Assembly: GCA_036172245.1 (NCBI GenBank)
Contig: JAYWIR010000010.1
Span: forward strand, 4,588,001 to 4,652,000
From: Raillietiella orientalis
Lineage: Eukaryota
Reading direction: 5' to 3'
Length of the DNA: 64,000 bases
Of the stretch, positions 38,251 through 53,100 are shown one piece after another (position 1 is the stretch's first letter; each line of letters opens with the position of its first letter). The notes beneath the pieces were generated by a model. That model was given only the letters and a program-made list of their open reading frames with translations. It searched no databases and was not told where the DNA came from. A program made the position numbers and the translations under genes.

Positions 38251-38989
38251 CATGCCGCATCCTCATCCGCTCCGTGACTTCCCCGGTGTTCTTTCTTTGC
38301 TGTGATCCCAGCGCACACGGAGCGAAACCGAGGATCCCTGTCCATTCTAACGGATTTCTTATTTTTTGTTTGCTGTCCCCGCTTTCCTCTCGCGTTCTGG
38401 ACTTTTGCTTATCCTGACCTGCTTGTCTATGGACCCTCCCCTTAAACTTCTTTTGCCAGGTTGCTCCCGACCGGAGACCAGGTGGCCTGGTGCGACCGGG
38501 CGAAACCACTTCTCTTCTCTAAGCTCGAGTCTCCGTGATGTGCGGGCTGTGACGATGGCGCACGCACAACATCTCGCCGCTACGACTGCGCCTGCCAAGA
38601 GCCGCCGCCTCAGGCTCCTGGTACGGGAACGCAAGAGTCCCCGGAGGGCACCGCGGCCCCAAAAGCAGTTGCGGGAACGATCCGGCCTTCCTAGGAGCTG
38701 ACATGGGAGGGGACGCGTTGAGTTGTCCGTTTCTCGAAACGCACCGTCCCTCCGCTTGCCGGTCTAACCGAGGGGAAGGCGAGAAAGTCTCGCCGCCGCC
38801 GGGTGCGTGGACCGCCCGACGTCCGTCATCGAATTCAGTTGCGGAAGGACCTTCGCACTCTCGGTAAGGGCAGGGAGGAGGAGAGTGAGCCGCTGAGCTA
38901 TCCTAGGAAACAACTCTGTTTCCTCTTTCTTCCACCACTTCTCCCTTTCCTCAGGCGTCGCGCCTGCGCCGGGTGCATCTTCATGTCAT

Positions 38990-39510
38990 CCACGGAAGGC
39001 GAAAATTTTTCGTATTTCGAGATGGCGGAAACACTCCCAGCAACCGCTTCCCTCTGGCACCAGGGGAGGAAGAAGAACCGGAGGCTCTGGCGGGAACTCG
39101 TAGACTGCTGCGGCGGCGGCTTCGGCAACAGACTTCGGCATCAAAGCAGCTCGCGCGAAGGAAGTCTCCAAAACAGCTCCTCCGTCTTCCTTCTAGCGTG
39201 GGACGAACCGAGGTGGACGGCGTTCACTTATTCGCAGAACAAATCAATCTCCCAGCACGGGGAGCAAGCAGTTTCCCGGGCAAAATGCCTCTGGCGTTTG
39301 CAGGACACTTGATTGATCTCTACCTCCTCCCTCCCCCCGCTCTCTGTGTTCCCTCCTTCCATCAGCGTTTCCTCAAGCACAACGGATCCGTAGCTCTCCG
39401 GATCGGAACCATCTTGCTTCCTGAGAGGACCCATGGATCTCGGGATGTGCAAGGCACCGTCTCCCGGTTCCAGACCGGAGTTGCGTTGTCGTAGGCTCCC
39501 ACGCACTCCC
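38990..39510 (+). pseudogene. Decayed LINE RT N-terminal half
   Basis: SNRFPL (NWRPISL-like), HQSSSREGSLQN (QxGFxxGRxI-like), SQHGEQAVSRA (LDxEKAFDR-like) and TGVAL occur in order across frameshifts. Confidence 0.4.
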
Positions 39511-39807
39511 TTTTAGTAAAACGCATTCGTCTCCGAGACCGCAGCGAATCACTTTCTGGGAATCGAGCGAGCGGGATTTTCGGTTATCCGGGAAATTCAA
39601 TGAGTCCGGGGCGCAGTATTTTCGGGAGGTGCGATGCACGAAGCAATCCGGAAGGAATGGCTGTGGAAGCTATTTGGTCCTGCGAGGAACATTCAGGCAA
39701 AACAAACAAAAATAGAATCACATTGAAAGTATTCCAAGGAAGAAGAAGAAATCTTCATTTGTACATTTTTGCTAACTCTGGTTTTATCCTTCCTTCCTTC
39801 CTTCCTT

Positions 39808-39847
<40 letters not shown>

Positions 39848-42800
39848 TTATGGCAACGGCTGAACAGAAGAGCGCGAATCGTGAGCGTGCATCTGGATCT
39901 TCATGTGATGAGAACTTCATGATTTAGTCAACTTTTCCCTCCATTTCTGCTTGAGGACAGCAGCGGTATCGACACGCGTTGGCGAAGCAGCCAACACGTC
40001 TAGACTTCCTTAAGTGTCTTCGTTTCATGATGACGCATTTATTTACTATTATTACTCTTATAAGAAACAAAACTTTAAAAAAGTTCCATCACAGCAATGT
40101 CTTGCTGAGCTACATGATGAGCAAGATTTATTTACAAACTGTTATCTTTTCGATCCGCTGATAAATTTAGAGAATTTTCGATTGCGGAATGGTTCGCTTT
40201 GAAAGCACGTCGTCTTGCTGAGAGTTCGTCAAGAAATTATTACGTAGGACTGGAGTTCTTTTTTTTTTTTTGTTGTTGTTGCTTCAACAGATGTACATCA
40301 TTATTTATTGCTTCATTAATGCTCTGGCTCGAGAAGCCTTGACTGCTATATTAACGATACGTTTATGGATTATTTTTTTTTTTTTTAGCTTACAATTCAT
40401 ACTTTTAGAAATGATGTTCGAGTAAAAGAATAAACTGCTTCTTGAATCTAAAAATAGCTCAGTACGTTCAATGTAGCATCTCTCGAAAAAATTAATTGTG
40501 GATAAATAGAGGGGAATGTTTTTTCCTACTGGAGAATATAAGAAATAGACACTGGCAACACTTTTTCGCTGCTTCAGATCCCTTGTTATATTACACTTCA
40601 TTATTATTTGATGTGGTAATCTTTATTGCTTCCTTAACAGTTTATGCCTATCATTATTTCCATTCGTCACTCCAGAAATGATCATTCTAAGAAAGTGAGA
40701 CCGATAGGTTTCATTTGTGAAGATCGCGCAGATGTAACGTATAAAAAGCGGCTGTACACTTTTCGAAACACTGCACAGACGAATGCAACTAGAAGTAGTC
40801 TTCTCGTGCACTTAGTCTGCACATCACCCTAAATATACCCAAGCATGCAGACAAGCATCCACGCGCTTTCTCAGAGAAGAAACCGTTGCAAGTGACAAGA
40901 AAATACGGAACTTGTAGAAATTTCTGCTGCATGCTTTTTTTTTTTTTCCTTTTTTTTTTTTTCCTTTCTCAGCCCTCCGCCACTTCCAGCCGTAGCAAGC
41001 AGAATGCAGCAACTAAATCTACCAACGTTGGGTGTCTATGTAGTCTATGTAACGTCTTAGCATCCTGAAAAATGGATGTCTTGCGAGTAGAGCGTCTGAA
41101 GGAACCATCGTTAATTGCGTAATATCGAATGAGTGTAAAAAGATTCCATCCAAGCAATCGTCTTCTTTCACTGTAATAAGGGACACAGCTGCAAGCAGCA
41201 TCCAGGAAAGAAGGTTTTCAATCTTCCAAGGAAGCTGCATCCAGACGATTTCGCGGAAGCAAACGAAGGAAATTCGAAGCATTTCCATGCAACGGAGAAA
41301 TCATGCAATTTGCCAAGATCGGTGGCGAGATCAGCCCTGCTTGATCCTACCGAAACCCCATGACTTCCGGTAGGATCAAACGGAGTGAGTACAGATGACC
41401 GGGTTTGTGATCGACACGAACGGACGATCACGGAAAATTGACCCGACTGGAAATCCGCATGGTTTGAGAACTCATCCGGGTTTCGTTCCCACAGCGCATG
41501 ACTCCATCCGAACGAACGGTGAGTAAAAATGCCACAAGGGCGATGTGAATTCGTGAGCATCTGCTTGCATCCGATCGCTGCAGCACGATCGGATCTCCGG
41601 GAGTGCACGCACGTCTTGAAACGGATGGCTCCGTCGTTCGTCTGAAGGCTGGCAAGTCGGTGCTGCTTCTCCGATCGAAAGATGCAAAGGGTCCGCTCCC
41701 TTCGGCGGAGAGCGTGAAGTTTTTGTCATCTGCTGGCGCCGAGGCAGAGCCGAAACTTTTCGCGAAACGGGACGCCGGAAACCTCCAGCGTCCCGTTTTG
41801 CGCGCGAGTCGTCGTCGAATTCTCTGGGATCTCTTAGACATCCCTGATCCCCACTCATGATGCGTATCCCTGCCTCGATATGGAAACCGCGAAGTCTTGC
41901 ACCGGTGGCTCGAAGTACTCGCACAAGAGAGGTTTTCCAGCCGTGACATCAGGCAGGACAACTTTGCCACTGGCTGCCCAAAAGGGACTCAAAAGTTCGT
42001 CTTACAGTGGCGTTGTTTCAACACACCTACGGAATGATCTCACTGATTCTTTCTCAGTTTACAAAGAGAGATTAGTGGCCTGAGGTCATCAGTTCTTCCA
42101 GTAACAGGGTTCCCTTTGCGCCACGGAAACAAAACGCATCTTCCAACGTGGGGGATCATCGCACCTCGTAAGCACACTGCTTCGACAGCACTCTCCATCT
42201 TTGTTCCTGATTTGCAGAGGAAGGGATATAGGGCGTCCATTTCAGCGACTGTTGATCCAGATGTTCCGGATAGAACGTATCTCGAATTTAAGGATTTTCT
42301 TTTACGAACGAGTTGTTCTGATGCCTTTCGCCCGTTCCATCTTGTTATTTGCAAGAGCTTTCCGCCCACAGGGTTCTCTTGCCGAGATGGTCATCATCCA
42401 AATTCATCACCCCTCAAATCAGATTCTCGTGCGTACGGTTTGATGAAGTGCTTCTCGCTCGCCAATCCGAATTATCGAGAAGCTTCCTTTTTTCATGTGT
42501 TTATACAGGCACATTAGTGTACGCCCGCGAACCTAATGCTCGTCAGCGGCCAGCAACGAATACACACCAACACATGAATTCGCATCGCTGTTGATGAAAT
42601 TTCGGAGCAAAACAAGAAATCAAGGACCTCAGCCTCCGGACGGGTTGCAAATTGGAGTGGCTTCGTCGAGTCGCCACTCCAAAGAAGCGTTTCGAATTCC
42701 CACGACGGCAAAGATTGCAGGTAGCGTTCCACAATAACATCGCGTATTTATGACGGGGAGGGGGGGTCTTCTTGCCTTCGCAAATGATCGAGATAGATGG

Positions 42801-45800
42801 TAGGCGATTCCGGTTTCCTTCGACATGCTTCCTGGTGAGGTCATTTCGGAAAGCAGGGGGTGAAACACGATTTGGCTCCCCTGAGGAAACCTTTTTTGCT
42901 ACGATTCGCACCGGGCGGGCATCGGAGCACCTCATCTGCTGCACAGATTTCTTCTTCTCACACTCGGGCTCACTCGTAAACTTAGCCTTGAGCAGGTCTT
43001 CCGGAAATTTCAAGTCTTCCTGCAGAGCGCTCCGTAATGAATTTCTGCGTGATGAAAAAGTACGTATGCGTGTATGTACGTACGTGTGTCAACAAAAGGA
43101 AAAAAAAAAAAAAAACATACAAAGCACCCTTTCCGAAGAGAAGGCGTTTGAAGTACATCCAAATGATCTCGAAGGCACTCTCCGATTTTGTTTATCTCAG
43201 CGTCGAGATGGGTTTTATACGAGTTCTTGAAATGAACCGCTTACTCACGCAAATCTGCTTCTGCTCGTTTTTGAGTAAGTGAATAAGAGCCACATCTCTT
43301 GATGAAGGCTACCCCTAGCAAATTGCAAAACACTGTTTCCTTTACTGAACACAAAGGGAAACCCATTTCCGTGACGTTCGTCTTTTCAGGAAGAAGATGC
43401 TTCCAGCTTTCTTTCTCGTGAATGAATAAGCAGACCCACTTACTACGTGCACATGCAGCGTTTCCATGCGAATCATAGAAGAAAAAGGTTTCTAGACAAA
43501 GCCAGAATCTACTCGAGAAGGAATCCATTTCTAAAATTAAAATAAGTAGGAATTTTCCCGAAAAAGTTGGGAAGATTGTCAAATAGTTGGTGCGCTCATT
43601 TTTCCACCCACCCCTCCCCACAACTTTCTGTGTTACTTTTCGAACATGTTTTCGTAATCCATGAGGGCATATCTGTCTGGGGGGGGGGAAGGAAAGGGAA
43701 GCTTATATTTAATTCGAAGGAATCTTCTTTTTCATTTGCATCACCCTTTCCGTTCCCGAAGAAAATCTTTGATTTCGATCATCAGCATCCAAAAATCGAA
43801 GATGAAGCTCCCGAAAATGAAGTGCAAAACTGTAGCACATTCCTGGCATGCACATTTTCCAATAATTTATTCCTCGATGGATAGATTCCGTTTTTCCAAA
43901 CGAAATGTTAGAAGAAGAAGAGGGGGGAAAAAAAGCACTGCTCAAGAAGAAATAATGGATTTAGACATTGCATTATATGTTCTGTGAAACGCAGGAAAAT
44001 CACTTAGCAAGGATGTGTGTGGATATTCCGGAAAATGGCACAGCTAGCTGAGGCTCATGTATGCTATTTATATGCTCGTAAGGAAGTACAAGTAGTTTGA
44101 ATTTTAGAAGGAATTCTCTCCATTCGAATACGATCACCTTGAAGAACTCTGAATCCAAAATGGTGAAAAAAGTCAAACCTTGGAATGAATGCGTATCCAT
44201 GGCGAAAGAAGTGTGGCCATCTGAGGACGAAACGCCTCCCTTTTTCTTTTTCACGTTGCTGCGCAGCACCAAAGGATTGTTCTTCGGCAAGTGAGGAAGG
44301 CAGAAGAAAGTCCGTAGAAAGAGGATGGTCTGTGACGCGGCACAGCAGTAAACTCCTAAGTGCACTGATGAAGTTAGAAAAACCATTGCTGTTAGGAAGC
44401 CATGCTGCAGACCAGGCACTCATTTTGTGAATGATTTGTTTTGCTTAACTTTTATTCATCTGACCTAAAATGCTTTTGCGTCAGATTTGAGGTCTCTGAG
44501 AATTGCGATAATCGACAGCTCCCCAATAACTAACATTTGCGTAAACGACACCTACCATCTCAGAAATTATAATGATAATGGGAGATAATGATTAGTACGG
44601 TTTTCCTTCTCAAGCTTTGCAAGAATGTTTCAAAATCTTGCAATCATTTTGCATCCTTTCGACACCTTTTCTTTCTATCTCGTTCAGTACCCGTGGAATC
44701 TCCACTTCTAAGAATGACTTGGGACAAATGACTTCTCTTTTCGTTAGCATCAACGCTCGTGATTGCTGCAGCACTCTGAGGGTCGCTTCCTTCTTCAGGG
44801 TTAAGGGCATGCGACTCTGTCCAAAAAGCAGGTGGAGAAGTTTTTCAGAAGTTTTGTTTTTTTCCTATTGACCATAGATGACGCTTTTCCAGTTGTGTGT
44901 GCACCTTCCTTTTGCTTCAAGCCAGGATGTTTCCTTGGCTTTCCTCCGTCGATTCAACTCAACAAGGGCATCCGTTGAGATAGTTCCAAATAACTCAAAG
45001 TTTCTAATTGCCGGACGGGAACTCAACAACGAACTGTTCGCTCCTTGAGGAATCCTACCTGTTTGGACGGAATGTTCCAAACTTGACAAAACGCCCCATA
45101 TCTTCCAGAACTGGGCGATCGGTTTTGAACACGGACGAGCAGAAAAGATTTCATCTCGATAGCCGTTTGCCCTGCAAATAAGCTTGAAAGAACAACAAAT
45201 TAACAGAATTCTTGCTAGTTGTTTTTTTGCTATCCTTTCCTCATCGGTACAAACAGAAAAATCTGTTTCTCCTCTTTTTCTTTTTTTTTTTTTTTACTAG
45301 TCCCTTTTATTCAAAGCAGGAAATGTTGACAAGCAGACGATTCCCCCCTCCCCCCTCCCTCTGCAGCCCAAAACTGGGAGGATCTCTTGATCGAAATATC
45401 CGCTTCAGTGTTTGAATCCGGTGAATGCGCAGCAGATATTTGGAAAAGACCTCAATACGTTGGGCAAGATCCATCATGAACATCGCTAATGCCTTTCCTA
45501 TGTTGATGCCTTCAAGGATAAAAGACTTCCAGCTTCGGCACGGGTGGACCAGAATGGACGGAACTGTTCTTGAAGAATGGCTGGAAATCGGCGGCTCCCA
45601 TTCTAGAGCGAAAAATTTTCAGCGCTTCCACAAGCACACGGGACGGCAAACACGATGTCGTCCACGGCGATCATTCTTCGTGGAAAACATCGCAAAAGTA
45701 ACTCTGAAGCTTTCACTCGGATGACTTCCAAGAAACATATTTGTCCCAACCACTTCGTTCCCATCCCGGGAGTTCAATTCTCGCAGGATTTCCCAAACTT

Positions 45801-46079
45801 CCTCCGGAGCCTCTGGACCCAAATGGAAAAGGTGAAAAAAAAGATGCATTGCTGAGTGCTTCGAGCTACTTCGATCCAAGTCTTAGCAGGTCGGTCAACA
45901 GTAAGAGAGGCATCCAGTGGAAGAAACGGTTTCGTAAGTTCCTCAGCTCACAGAAGCATCCTTTCTCGTGAGCCGACTTCTGAGAAGAAGAGGACAGTCC
46001 GACTTAGGACCCAGTGTTCGCACATCCACTTGTCTTCTTTCTCTCACCTCTCTCTCTCTTCCCACTGACTCGAGTGGTT

Positions 46080-47110
46080 TCCCACGTGACCAGTACTGAC
46101 TCCTGCAAGCTCCGCGTGAGTTGGAAACAGTCGCCGGCGGGGATTCTCCCCAGCGAGCGGGTAGCGGTGACCTTCAGGATGGAGGAAAGGGCGTGACCGT
46201 GGCCGAAATGTGAGGAAGGATCAGGACTCATCCTTACGGAAAGCGAAAGTTCCATGCACGCAAGAGAATATAAGCGCGCGCATGCGCGTGTGCGTGCGAA
46301 TGGACACGAATGTAGGTGTCTGGCGCACCAATTCAGAAACAACTCGAAAACTTAACTGTACCCCTGCTGCGATACAGCACATCCATCCCATGGAGACGAT
46401 CGCACGGCCACCATTGCATTCGACGGAAAGAGGGAAGCCAACGTAAACGGGAAAGGCTCTATCAGATGTCAGGCACGCGCCAGCATCAGTTTCCGTGGAT
46501 TTTGTGTTCGAAAAGACGGACCGAGGTCCATGCATTCAGAATCGTCGAATCCGAAAATCATCCCGCAGATTAGAATGGCTGATCCATCCTTGCTCTTCTT
46601 CTCCTTCTGTCGTGGTCTCTTCCGGTGTTTTTCGGCATGCACTCGTAAGGAAAGTGACCCAATGTGTTAAAGAGGAAGTTGACCCAAGAGGACTTGGGTC
46701 AACTTCCCCTTTGTTCTGGAGCAACGGATCCTCCCTCAGCTTCGAGTCGCCTCCCGGAAAGGTCATATCAGCGTCCTCCGACCCCCGGTGTTCCAAGGTA
46801 GCCTTCGTCTTGATCCGGGTCACCAGCTCATGGTGCCCCTCTATCGCGACCGTTAATCTGGTTGTCGACACATCTGCTGTGGATGCAACCTGGAGAGCCT
46901 TCCGCGCCTTCTGCGTAGGCGGCCAGCTCCCCAGCGCCTGGAAAACGGAAGTCACCTCTCAAGCCTGCTCGCCTTCCGGAAGCCCCTCACTGGATGGCGC
47001 CAGGAGAGATATCCCGAGAGGCTGCAAGTAGCCAACGCCTCTCTGAGCGCAACCTCACGTTCCTCCTGCAAGGTCTGGTTTTCCTGAAAAAGGCTATGGA
47101 GGAACCATCA
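46080..47110 (-). pseudogene. Decayed LINE APE endonuclease
   Basis: IAFF/QE (~47080), FPGGDSKLREDPLLQ (cf. GGDFNxxLDPxLD), a frameshifted IS(D)H near 46205 and FQLTRSL (cf. WxLNxSL). Confidence 0.55.
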
Positions 47111-50100
47111 TGAATCAGGAAGAGTGGCTTCCCTTTGGGGACTGAGCCTGTGCGGCCTCCCAGAACGAAGCTACTAGCCATGCCCCGCAGAGCTTACCAT
47201 TTCCAATCTCCCATAGTGCATCCTGCTACGTTCAGCATCTGCTGCAAGAAACCGCGACGTTTATCGGTCCCATGCCCTGGGAAAAATTCATCTTGCCTCC
47301 AGAAGGTCAGTGTTGCTCTGGGTCCGTTGCTATTAAAGATAGTCAGATGTGAAATGGAAGCCGGCATTTCCTGAGCAACTTCTCTCGGAAAAAGCGTCAG
47401 GTTTGAGAAAGGAAAGTCGATGGATCGCCCCGCCGCTCATCCCTTCACGTGGGAGGACACGGCCTTTGAAGAGGACAACAACCAGCAGAACCACGCCCAG
47501 AGCAGCATGTGAAGACTGAGACCGAGCGAACGGCCGTCCATGTGGGCGCGGACGAAGTGAAGGAACCGAAATGGAACTCCGACGCAAGCCTCGAAGCTCC
47601 AAGACACAAGTGAACGCTGCTGGCTCTCTGGAAGCGCTGCTGGTGCGGCGGCGTTGAGCGTGCACGGAAGGTTCTAGACGGGAATAAGGCTTACTGCCCA
47701 GGCGCGACAAGATCCGGAGAATGACGCGGATGCTGAGCCAACGTGGTGTGAATTTCGCTTCGGCGCGGCTGGGCGACGCCCGTCCTGCCCCAAAGAGCAG
47801 CCGTCCGAACGAAATGGAATGCTCGAATTTCGCAGTCTACGCTCCGTCCGCTTCCGCTTTGTCAGAGGAGGTCTCTTTGGCACCTAGGGGATGATGCAAC
47901 GATGTGTCTTCTTGCATTGGCAGGGAAGGTTTCCGATGCGCAGACGAGGCGAGAGCGCCGCGGGAGACAATAAAAGTTTTGGGCGTGTGCTCTCTTGCAG
48001 CGCGGATAGAATCCTGACCCCTTACGGTCAGGTGTCCCCTGGGTTCGCATCAAGAGTTTTGCTCATCACCACCCCAGATGGCTATCGGAAGGAAGAGGAA
48101 ACGGAATTTTTCCGAAGCGCGATGTACGCTCCGCTCAGACGAATGAGAGATCCCTTGCTTAGAAACCCGCCGAAGTCCTGCTGAGTGTGGCATCGGGAAC
48201 GATGAGAACCCATCACTTAGTCACACTGAATTCTGGGGCGTCCTGAATTTCCGGATCGTATCCATGGGCGGGCGAGGGCGGGCGCAGGGATAAATAAAGT
48301 GCGACTGCTGAAAGCATCAGAGTGGACGAAGGCGACTGAAGGTTGCCCACGTAGAAAAATGCGCTCAGCTGGAGCGCAAACAAATAAAATGAAGCAGTAA
48401 ATTGCACGTCCCTGTCTTCATTCAGGAAAGAAACGCACCAACAGCAGTCGTGGTCTTTCCTCAAGAAATGCAACCTTTTTTCCCTCCCTCGAAACTGCCC
48501 CCAGGGCCTGCTTAGAGAAAGGTCGCTTCTCTGGGCTTGCTCAGCTGCCTCGTCGCTGGAGGGGATCCTCTGCCACGAGCGAGCGGCGATGACCGCCAAG
48601 ATGGAGGAAAGGGGCGTGGCCGCGGCCGAGACGGAGAACCGTTCGCAGCCTCTGTCATCCCTGCATCCGAAAGGAGATGGGATAGACCAGACCAGGATGG
48701 GAGGCGCAAGGGAACCTGCGAACGTTTGCGAGCGGATCAGTCCCACTCCGGTGAACGCACCCCTTCCATCCCTTTGCGTTCCCTTCCGCTACTCTCAGAC
48801 TCTCGGAAATCGGGTCAAGGGGATTGAGAACTGTCCGTCTCACCCCCCTATTTATTTGTCTATTCATTGGCCTTCTTTCCACTCCCTCATTCCCTCCCTA
48901 GTTCTGTCCCTAGCGAGCTGGCACATGTCGGTCCTTCTCTCCCTCTGTGACTTACGTATTTATTTATGTTAAATAAAATGGTTCAGGAATCAAGGATGAG
49001 AACCCTTGAAGGCAATCTGCTATGGTGACACAGACTCTCAGCCGCAAGGCCGTGAGAAATAATAGAAATAAAAAAATGAGTCAATCCTTGGAAAGGAAAT
49101 CCATTTGGATTTCCTTTCCAAGAATCATGGAGTGCATGCTCTGCGATTCTTTTCTGGGAGTTTCCCTTAGCCCGAACTTGGTTCCTTCGAAACCGGAAGC
49201 TCCCAAACTTGCTGGAACGTCTTATGATGAATCCGGCCGCATGCGAACTCGTGCCTACTACCACCAACATGAGCTTTACTCTCATAAGGGTTCGTCCATT
49301 TCGGGTCTCCTCCTCCTTCCAATAATTACGCATTTCCTCGAGCTAATCCCAATTATTTGATGTGTATTTTTCCCCATTCGTCAAAAGGAAGGAAGCAATC
49401 GAATGATCACAGAGTTCGAGAAATGCTCAACAGCAGCTCAAGTGATCTGACACAGAAGCGAAACAAAACATTCGACCTACAGTGGTACCTCGGTACTCGA
49501 CGGGATCGGAACTCGTTGAACTCAGTACTCGTCGCATTTTGACGGGTGAAAAATGTTTCGACACTAGGAGCACTCTCGGGACCCTTCCACTCTCACGATG
49601 AAACAAGTGAACTTTTTCGTCTCGTGGTAGCTCGTGGACAGCGACGAACACTTCCATAGAGCGACTTCCGAATTCTTCCTTTTTGTGCGTGCTTTCTGTG
49701 CATTTTAAGCAAAAATCCATGGGTCCTGAGAGGTTCGTTCGGTAATCGTCGGTTTCGGCGCTCGTCATGAGTTCCGGAACGCATTGCCGACGAGTACTGA
49801 GGTACCACTGTATCTGCCCATCATTCGGAAGCTGGAAGTGCAGAGACCTTCTGCCACAGAGTTACATCCAAACGTTTTCTGAGAAGAAAACTTGGAATTC
49901 TCCTTTCATCTCCTCGCCATCGCTTGCTTACGTTCTAAGGCATCCAAGCCAAACTAAATCATGGCATAATTGAATAACTAATCACTAGGAGCATTTTCTT
50001 TTTAATTTCGCTAGGGCTTCTTCCTTTTTGCCAAACACACCGTTAAATGCTTCCGTCGAGATGCTTGTTCCTCCTCATTTGCCAGTGGGACAGATTGAGG

Positions 50101-53100
50101 TTACTTTATTCCATTAAAAACACACAGCGAAAGATGTTTTTTTTTTTTTTTATTTTAGGAAACTCACTTTAAGTGATCTCCCTTTAATTTATCGAGATGG
50201 AAATTAATGAATCACATCAGAAGTTGAACGAGTGCACCACGAGACTCCAATTAGACTGAATACACCGCTCTTCAGGAATTGGGAAGGTTGCTAATTGTAG
50301 ATAGCAGACGATGAGTTTCAGAGATGAAAAGGTGAAGAAGATCTGGATCTCCCTTTCTGAGGAAAGCAGGAGACAAGACGACTGCTTCACTCCCTCCGTT
50401 GGATGAGCGATCGAATAGTATTTCCTTCGAGTTGGTCGGTGGGACAAGGGATCTCGCATTCCCTTCCACAAATAAATAGGGGGTGCCAGCTCCGTTTACG
50501 ACACGAGAGAGCAGACAACTACAGCCACGCACCAATCTAATAACTGCGACTTTGCCCAGACGGAGATTCGAAATCCCAAATGAAAAAAATAGGGTGGAAT
50601 GCTTTTTTCTCTTTTCACCGATTTTCTCGATGGAAGCAACGACGTGATTTGACACATTTTCATGATTTGATCCGACGATTAAGAGGAATTGAGAACGTGT
50701 ACGAAGAAAAAAGAGATTCTGCAGATGGGAGGAAACAGAAATGTTCTCTAGAGCTTGACCAAAGGAAACTTGGCACAACAAAAAAAAGGGAAAGTAGGGA
50801 AAGAACAGCACACCAGTGGCAAAGATTCCAAACAGCTCACGAGGTGATCCATTCGTTGATGACAAAAACTAAAGTCTGTAGTTGTGGTAAGGTAGAGAGC
50901 AAAGGCATGCTTTCCAAAAACACTTCTTCCTTATCGCAGGAAACATTGATGGGGATCGTGTTTTTGAAAGGAAAGAAGGAAAGCATGCTCCGAGCTCCAA
51001 CAAAAAGTGACTCCCCAAAAGGGATGAATGCAGGCTGAACGGAAGCGGAATAGCAGGGGGGGGGGGGGGAAATGCTGTTTCCGAAGCTTACTCATTGCCC
51101 AAAGGTGGTGCAATAACTTCCAGCTTTCTTCCTTCCAGTTAAACTACAAACACAGCCTCTGGATCAGGTAATTATTCGTTCATTAAACATCCGAGGTCCG
51201 TTGTGTGCAAAAGTATGGGAACTGGTCCTAAATGTCGATGCCTTGGTTGGAATCGGATTCTTCGACAGCGAGCGAAAAGCGTTAGATACTTTAGGAAGTG
51301 AAAAAAATCTTCCCAGCATTTCAGTTCTACTACGGATGTGATACATCATGCTATCATACCATCCTATACTTCAGTTACATCCATCACACTACACAATTCA
51401 GTTCATCGTACTGTGAGTAGCGATCCATCAGAAGTTCCCAATGAGGATGAAAATGTAAACGTTTCGACATTCGTCTGGAACTCCCCCTCGGAAGTGCAGA
51501 AATAACGCGCTCTTTATGATTTTATAAATGTCGGCGTAGAGCATAACAAATGACGGAATCCGTGGTTGCCTCCAGATTATTGATGCAAAAGGCTTTCGGT
51601 CCACTGGAATTCTAGGATGTGAGAGTTTTGAAATGTTTCAAGCTTTGAAAATGCGTTCTTCTAAAGATTTTCCTTCGCAGCATGGGAGAAGGTAACCGAG
51701 CACGCTTTCTACAGACCTAGGATTCCTGGCAATGGCTGTCTTACTGACGAAATTTCCTAATGACCGGAGGAGTGACACAGCAAGTATCCATGTTATCTTT
51801 AGGTATAAATATTATGATTGGTTCTGCAGCGATGCACTTAACAGAATCTACTGGCCGAACCTACAAATGTTGTTCTGCATGCTCCTGTAAGTGGTTTTTG
51901 GGAAAAATAACATCCATGATTCTTCCAAACAAGCTTAACTGATTTTCCCCTTTCATCGTAGTTTTCCAGCAGTTCCCCAGGAAATTCTCTGCTTCTCAGA
52001 AATGGGTCCAACGACGGATCACAACCGTTTATCACCTCCCGATATTGGCCACTAAAAGTTCCCTGTCAGGTTCAGAATCACTGCATCCAGGAAGTCCGTC
52101 CCAGGAAGAACACTTCGAATTCTCTTATCATGTTGAAAAGCTGGTTATGTATCTCCCAACTCCTGTTTAGATGTTTTCCTTTCAAACTTTCCTCTCATAT
52201 TTTCTCTTAATACCAGCTCGTTCCTGATTATAATTTCGACTTTTTTGACATCAAATGGAATAAGTTGGAGTGTTCAGTCGTTGTTTGTTGTACACACACA
52301 CACACACACAAATGGTTACACGCCAATCGGAAGAGGTGATCAGTGGATTGAATGACATCCAGTTACCAAATCAGTGAACTTGAAGAAGCACCGTACTCAC
52401 CAAGTGTAAGGACTGGAAAGTCACCTTTTGTGAGCACGAGAAGAAAGCGGAGTCCAGGAAACCGTCCTGGAACGAAAGCAGTGCAAGCTGATAGACAGTG
52501 CAATTTGGCACGCGAATGTGAATCAGCTGTGGCAAACAGCACGCGGTCATCCTTTCTTCTGTCACGTCATGATGTATGTGTAGCCTGCTTAAGCTGGCTG
52601 CTTTCTTACCGATAAAAGAAATGTGGTATGAAAATGTTGGGACGCAGAATCCAACCTGACGCATCTGCAGATGAAACCCTCCAAACCTCCTTCCTTCATT
52701 GATAGTGGTACAGCTGGACGCGTGCTACGACTAAACTCCCTCATACAGTGATCTCTTCCACGAAGACTCGTGATTTTTCGTTTCTCAAGGAAAGGTTCTT
52801 TGTGCCGAGCCGCTGCAACACTTTCTCTGAAAACTTCGTTTTGTTCTCTTTCTTTTCATCAACAAGGGAAGGGCTTCCTTCCTTGAAATGCCAAAGTCTT
52901 CATGCTTCAAGGCAAGCCTTGGAATATGAGGATTGATAGAATGAACAAAGAAAGTATCGAATGTCTTCAAGACCAAAACCAAAAATTAAATAAGTCAAAC
53001 TAGTGACCTATCTATCTGTTATCATATTTGAATCTCCGGTGACTTATTCGTTCAGCATGTCATTCGGATTCCTGAAAAGGGTATTTAGTTTTGATCTTGT

